DNA of 47,195 bases, taken from positions 1-47,195 of IMG/VR virus record IMGVR_UViG_3300032665_000055; one strand, given 5' to 3'. Below, piece after piece: positions 46,107 to 47,195 of this stretch; the first letter of the stretch is position 1, and each line of letters opens with the position of its first letter. This DNA is from a virus. Taxonomy: Duplodnaviria; Caudoviricetes. The translations under genes and the position numbers were made by a program. The notes beneath the pieces are model-generated. The model saw only the letters and a program-made list of their open reading frames with translations. It made no database searches and was not told the DNA's origin.

Positions 46107-46754
46107 TTAAACGGCTGCAGCTTCCGGCGTTGACTCGACTTTCGCGACTTTTTTCTTCGCGGGCTTTTTGGCTTTCGCGGGCTTTTCCGCTGCACCGACT
46201 TTCGGTAGATGCTTAGACACCTTGCCCGTGCGTTCCTTCATGGTTGACGCCGCCCAACTCACGGTGTTTTTCGCCGTCTTTTCCGGCACGCCATATTCTG
46301 TCGTCAGATTGCCGGCGACTTCTGCCTTGGTGAACTTGCCACTTTGAAGTTGCTCGTCCACAAACGCAATCTTGCCCGGTTTGCCGTTGGATTCCGCCGC
46401 CGCCTTTTTAACCGTCTTTTTCGTTGTTGCTTTCTTTGCCATAGTTTTTTCTTCGTTGTTGTTTGATTCCTGTTGTTCGGTTTCAATTTCAGCCACAGGA
46501 GAAGCCGAAATGAAATTGTTTAATCGCTCACCAATCCACGGTTGGAAAAATTCATGGCTGGCAATGTCCTTAAAAAGTATTTCTGAAAGATTTAATTTTT
46601 CCTTAAAGGCTTCACCGTCAAATTTATGTTTCCAAAATGAATGATGCTCGTCAATTTTAACGCAAACCCGCACCTCAAAATTAAACATAGCGACCGCGCC
46701 GACGAATGATTTAATTTTTCCGTTGTGGGAAATAAATTGAATATCAGCACTCAT
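46107..46754 (-). CDS. Protein with Lys/Ala-rich histone-like C-terminal part (internal start at 46442 possible)
   Basis: MAKKATTKKTVKKAAA...KPAKAKKPAKKK. Confidence 0.6.
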   Translation of the reverse strand: MSADIQFISHNGKIKSFVGAVAMFNFEVRVCVKIDEHHSFWKHKFDGEAFKEKLNLSEILFKDIASHEFFQPWIGERLNNFISASPVAEIETEQQESNNNEEKTMAKKATTKKTVKKAAAESNGKPGKIAFVDEQLQSGKFTKAEVAGNLTTEYGVPEKTAKNTVSWAASTMKERTGKVSKHLPKVGAAEKPAKAKKPAKKKVAKVESTPEAAAV

Positions 46755-46756
46755 AA

Positions 46757-47195
46757 TTATTCAAGTTTTAAGGCTTCGTTTTTGGCAAATTCAAAAGCCT
46801 CGGCACGCTCCTGACTTTTCCGCGAGCCATCATCAGGAAATTCAGATTCATTTGATTTCAAAATTCCAACTTTATCCCATTCTTCTAATGATTTAAAAAG
46901 ACATCCCATTTTAACGAATCGCTTTCCATCCATTGCTAAAATTGAAAAAACTTGATAGCGATACAAACCTGAAAAGATGCGGATGGATTTGATTTTAATT
47001 CCGCGCAAGTTAGCACCGCACAAGTTAGCATCGCGCAAGTTAGCATCGCGCAAGTCAGCACCGCGCAAGCTAGTATCGCACAAGTCAGCACCGCGCAAGT
47101 CAGCACCGCACAAGTTAGCATCGCGCAAGTCAGCACCGCGCAAGCTAGTATCGCACAAGTCAGCACCGCGCAAGTCAGCACCGCACAAGTTAGCA
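46757..47195 (-). CDS. Pentapeptide-repeat protein, 3' part
   Basis: ADLRG/ANLCG repeats, then a C-terminal domain VKMGCLFKSLEEW. Confidence 0.9.
   Translation of the reverse strand, partial: ANLCGADLRGADLCDTSLRGADLRDANLCGADLRGADLCDTSLRGADLRDANLRDANLCGANLRGIKIKSIRIFSGLYRYQVFSILAMDGKRFVKMGCLFKSLEEWDKVGILKSNESEFPDDGSRKSQERAEAFEFAKNEALKLE
47001..47195. repeat. 15-bp tandem repeat array (right part)
   Basis: About 13 units, continuous with position 1 (..ttagca|tcgcgcaagt). Confidence 0.95.

Noticed and set aside
1-47195. Stop-codon reassignment
   Set aside because: Core genes are full length and densely packed in the standard code.

Overview
The window is most likely a complete circular genome of a ~47.2 kb tailed phage. 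A pentapeptide-repeat gene reads in frame across the 47195/1 junction. The + strand late block (4884-32679) holds terminase, a DUF935/Mu-like portal, prohead protease, capsid, neck and tail genes, a GIY-YIG endonuclease, large secreted TN-rich proteins and a putative lysis cluster. The - strand early block (32692-47195 plus 1-4354) holds a methylase, three helicases, a primase, a Rad52/Sak-like annealing protein, MazG and an HNH nuclease. I see no integrase, repressor, DNA polymerase, tRNA or CRISPR. AT-rich starts without Shine-Dalgarno, TN-rich exported proteins and the attC style suggest a Verrucomicrobiota host (inference). Top observation: the phage carries integron gene cassettes with attC sites but no IntI, and their genes are all inverted relative to attC. 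One 590-bp cassette is inserted precisely at a non-canonical GTA site inside a phage gene; removing it restores the original ORF. Other leads: signal-peptide-bearing TN-rich proteins at virion-gene positions, a shared KMPxR-like short motif in about a dozen replication and packaging proteins, and an HNH element that split a secreted lysozyme-like gene. All product calls come from motif recognition, not database searches.
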